A stretch of 39,813 nt of DNA, from NCBI GenBank assembly GCA_964501035.1, contig CAZCRK010000008.1, positions 1-39,813 on the forward strand, in the 5' to 3' direction. Of this stretch, positions 39,076 to 39,813 are shown piece by piece. Each line of letters begins with the position of its first letter. Within the stretch, counting starts at the first letter, position 1. The notes below the pieces were generated by a model. It saw nothing but the letters and a program-made list of their open reading frames with translations, was not told the DNA's origin and did no database searches. The position numbers and the translations under genes are program-made.

Positions 39076-39648
39076 ATGACGCATACATTACCAGAATTAC
39101 CATACAGTCATAATGCACTTGAACCTCATATATCAAAGGAAACTATTGAATTTCACTATGGGAAGCATCATAATGCATATGTAACAAATTTAAATAATTT
39201 GATAAAAGGAACAGAATTTGAAAACATGACCCTAGAAGATATCATTTCTAAGTCAAATGGTGGTTTATTTAATAATGCTGCTCAAGTTTGGAATCATTCC
39301 TTTTATTGGAATTGTTTATCACCACAAGGTGGTGGTGTACCTACAGGAGATATCTTAACCATCATTGAGAATACATTTGGATCATTTGAGAGTTTCAAAA
39401 CTGAATTTTCACAAGCTGCTTTAACCAATTTTGGTTCAGGATGGACATGGTTAGTGCAAGAAAATGATGTTTTTAAAATAGTTAATACATCCAATGCAGA
39501 TACACCACTCACACAAAACCAAACCCCACTCCTTACAATTGATGTATGGGAGCATGCATATTACATCGACTATAGAAATGCAAGACCCACGTACATAGAG
39601 TCATTTTGGAACCTAATAAACTGGGATTTTGTCAATAACTTGCTTTAG
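39076..39648 (+). CDS. sodB: Fe-type superoxide dismutase
   Basis: [16 protein letters not shown] (AAQ is the Fe-type signature), [13 protein letters not shown]. Confidence 0.93.
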   Translation: MTHTLPELPYSHNALEPHISKETIEFHYGKHHNAYVTNLNNLIKGTEFENMTLEDIISKSNGGLFNNAAQVWNHSFYWNCLSPQGGGVPTGDILTIIENTFGSFESFKTEFSQAALTNFGSGWTWLVQENDVFKIVNTSNADTPLTQNQTPLLTIDVWEHAYYIDYRNARPTYIESFWNLINWDFVNNLL

Positions 39649-39649
39649 T

Positions 39650-39703
39650 GGGAAAGGGTGGCAAATCTTCCTCCTCACTATTGTCACCCTTTTTTCATTT
39701 TTT
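39650..39703 (+). terminator. Terminator hairpin after sodB with a 16-nt pyrimidine-rich loop
   Basis: AAAGGGTGGCAA/TTGTCACCCTTT stem followed by T-runs. Confidence 0.75.
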
Positions 39704-39759
39704 TAAATATTCAATTGGTAACAGAGATATAGACTTCTTAAATTTTGCACCACATTTTC

Positions 39760-39813
39760 GGAGGATTAGCTCTAATTGGTAAGACACCGGTCTTGAAAAC
39801 CGGCGGCTTTGCG
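39760..39813 (+). tRNA. tRNA-Ser (anticodon TGA), truncated by the window end
   Basis: GGAGGAT acceptor 5' strand, anticodon arm CCGGT-CTTGAAA-ACCGG, start of a long variable arm. Confidence 0.88.

Noticed and set aside
39760..39813. Possible tRNA-Sec near the selenoprotein gene
   Set aside because: The anticodon reads TGA (decodes Ser UCA); tRNA-Sec needs TCA

Overview
AT-rich bacterial chromosomal window, mostly housekeeping genes, with no recognisable mobile element, prophage or CRISPR array. Gene order and a dockerin-bearing secreted protein suggest a marine FCB-related lineage such as Ca. Marinimicrobia (inference, not checked). Contents in order: tRNA-Arg; a YfgM-like TPR protein; nusA-infB-rbfA-truB-ribF-rpsO-pnp-ald-deacetylase (rimP absent, infB split by a scaffold gap); merR/tRNA-Pro; GT2; COG2426; leuS; a hydrolase; cutA; an unannotated ~180-nt rod-shaped RNA (probable 6S); a minus-strand yajC-def-fmt-rsmB-PASTA-rpe-kinase-BatA-hflX block; THUMP methyltransferase-dusB; PAS-GAF-GGDEF-EAL; tRNA-Met; pepA; SDR; queD; saccharopine dehydrogenase-like; an N-terminally extended sppA; perR/fur-ahpC-sodB; partial tRNA-Ser. 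Main finding: ORFs 36669..37526 and 37563..37910 are in one frame and joined by a UGA in a U-S-T-C motif, followed by a SECIS-like hairpin. They most likely encode one secreted, dockerin-containing thioredoxin/peroxiredoxin-fold selenoprotein of 413 aa, lying between a barrel-like-fused SppA and the oxidative-stress cluster.
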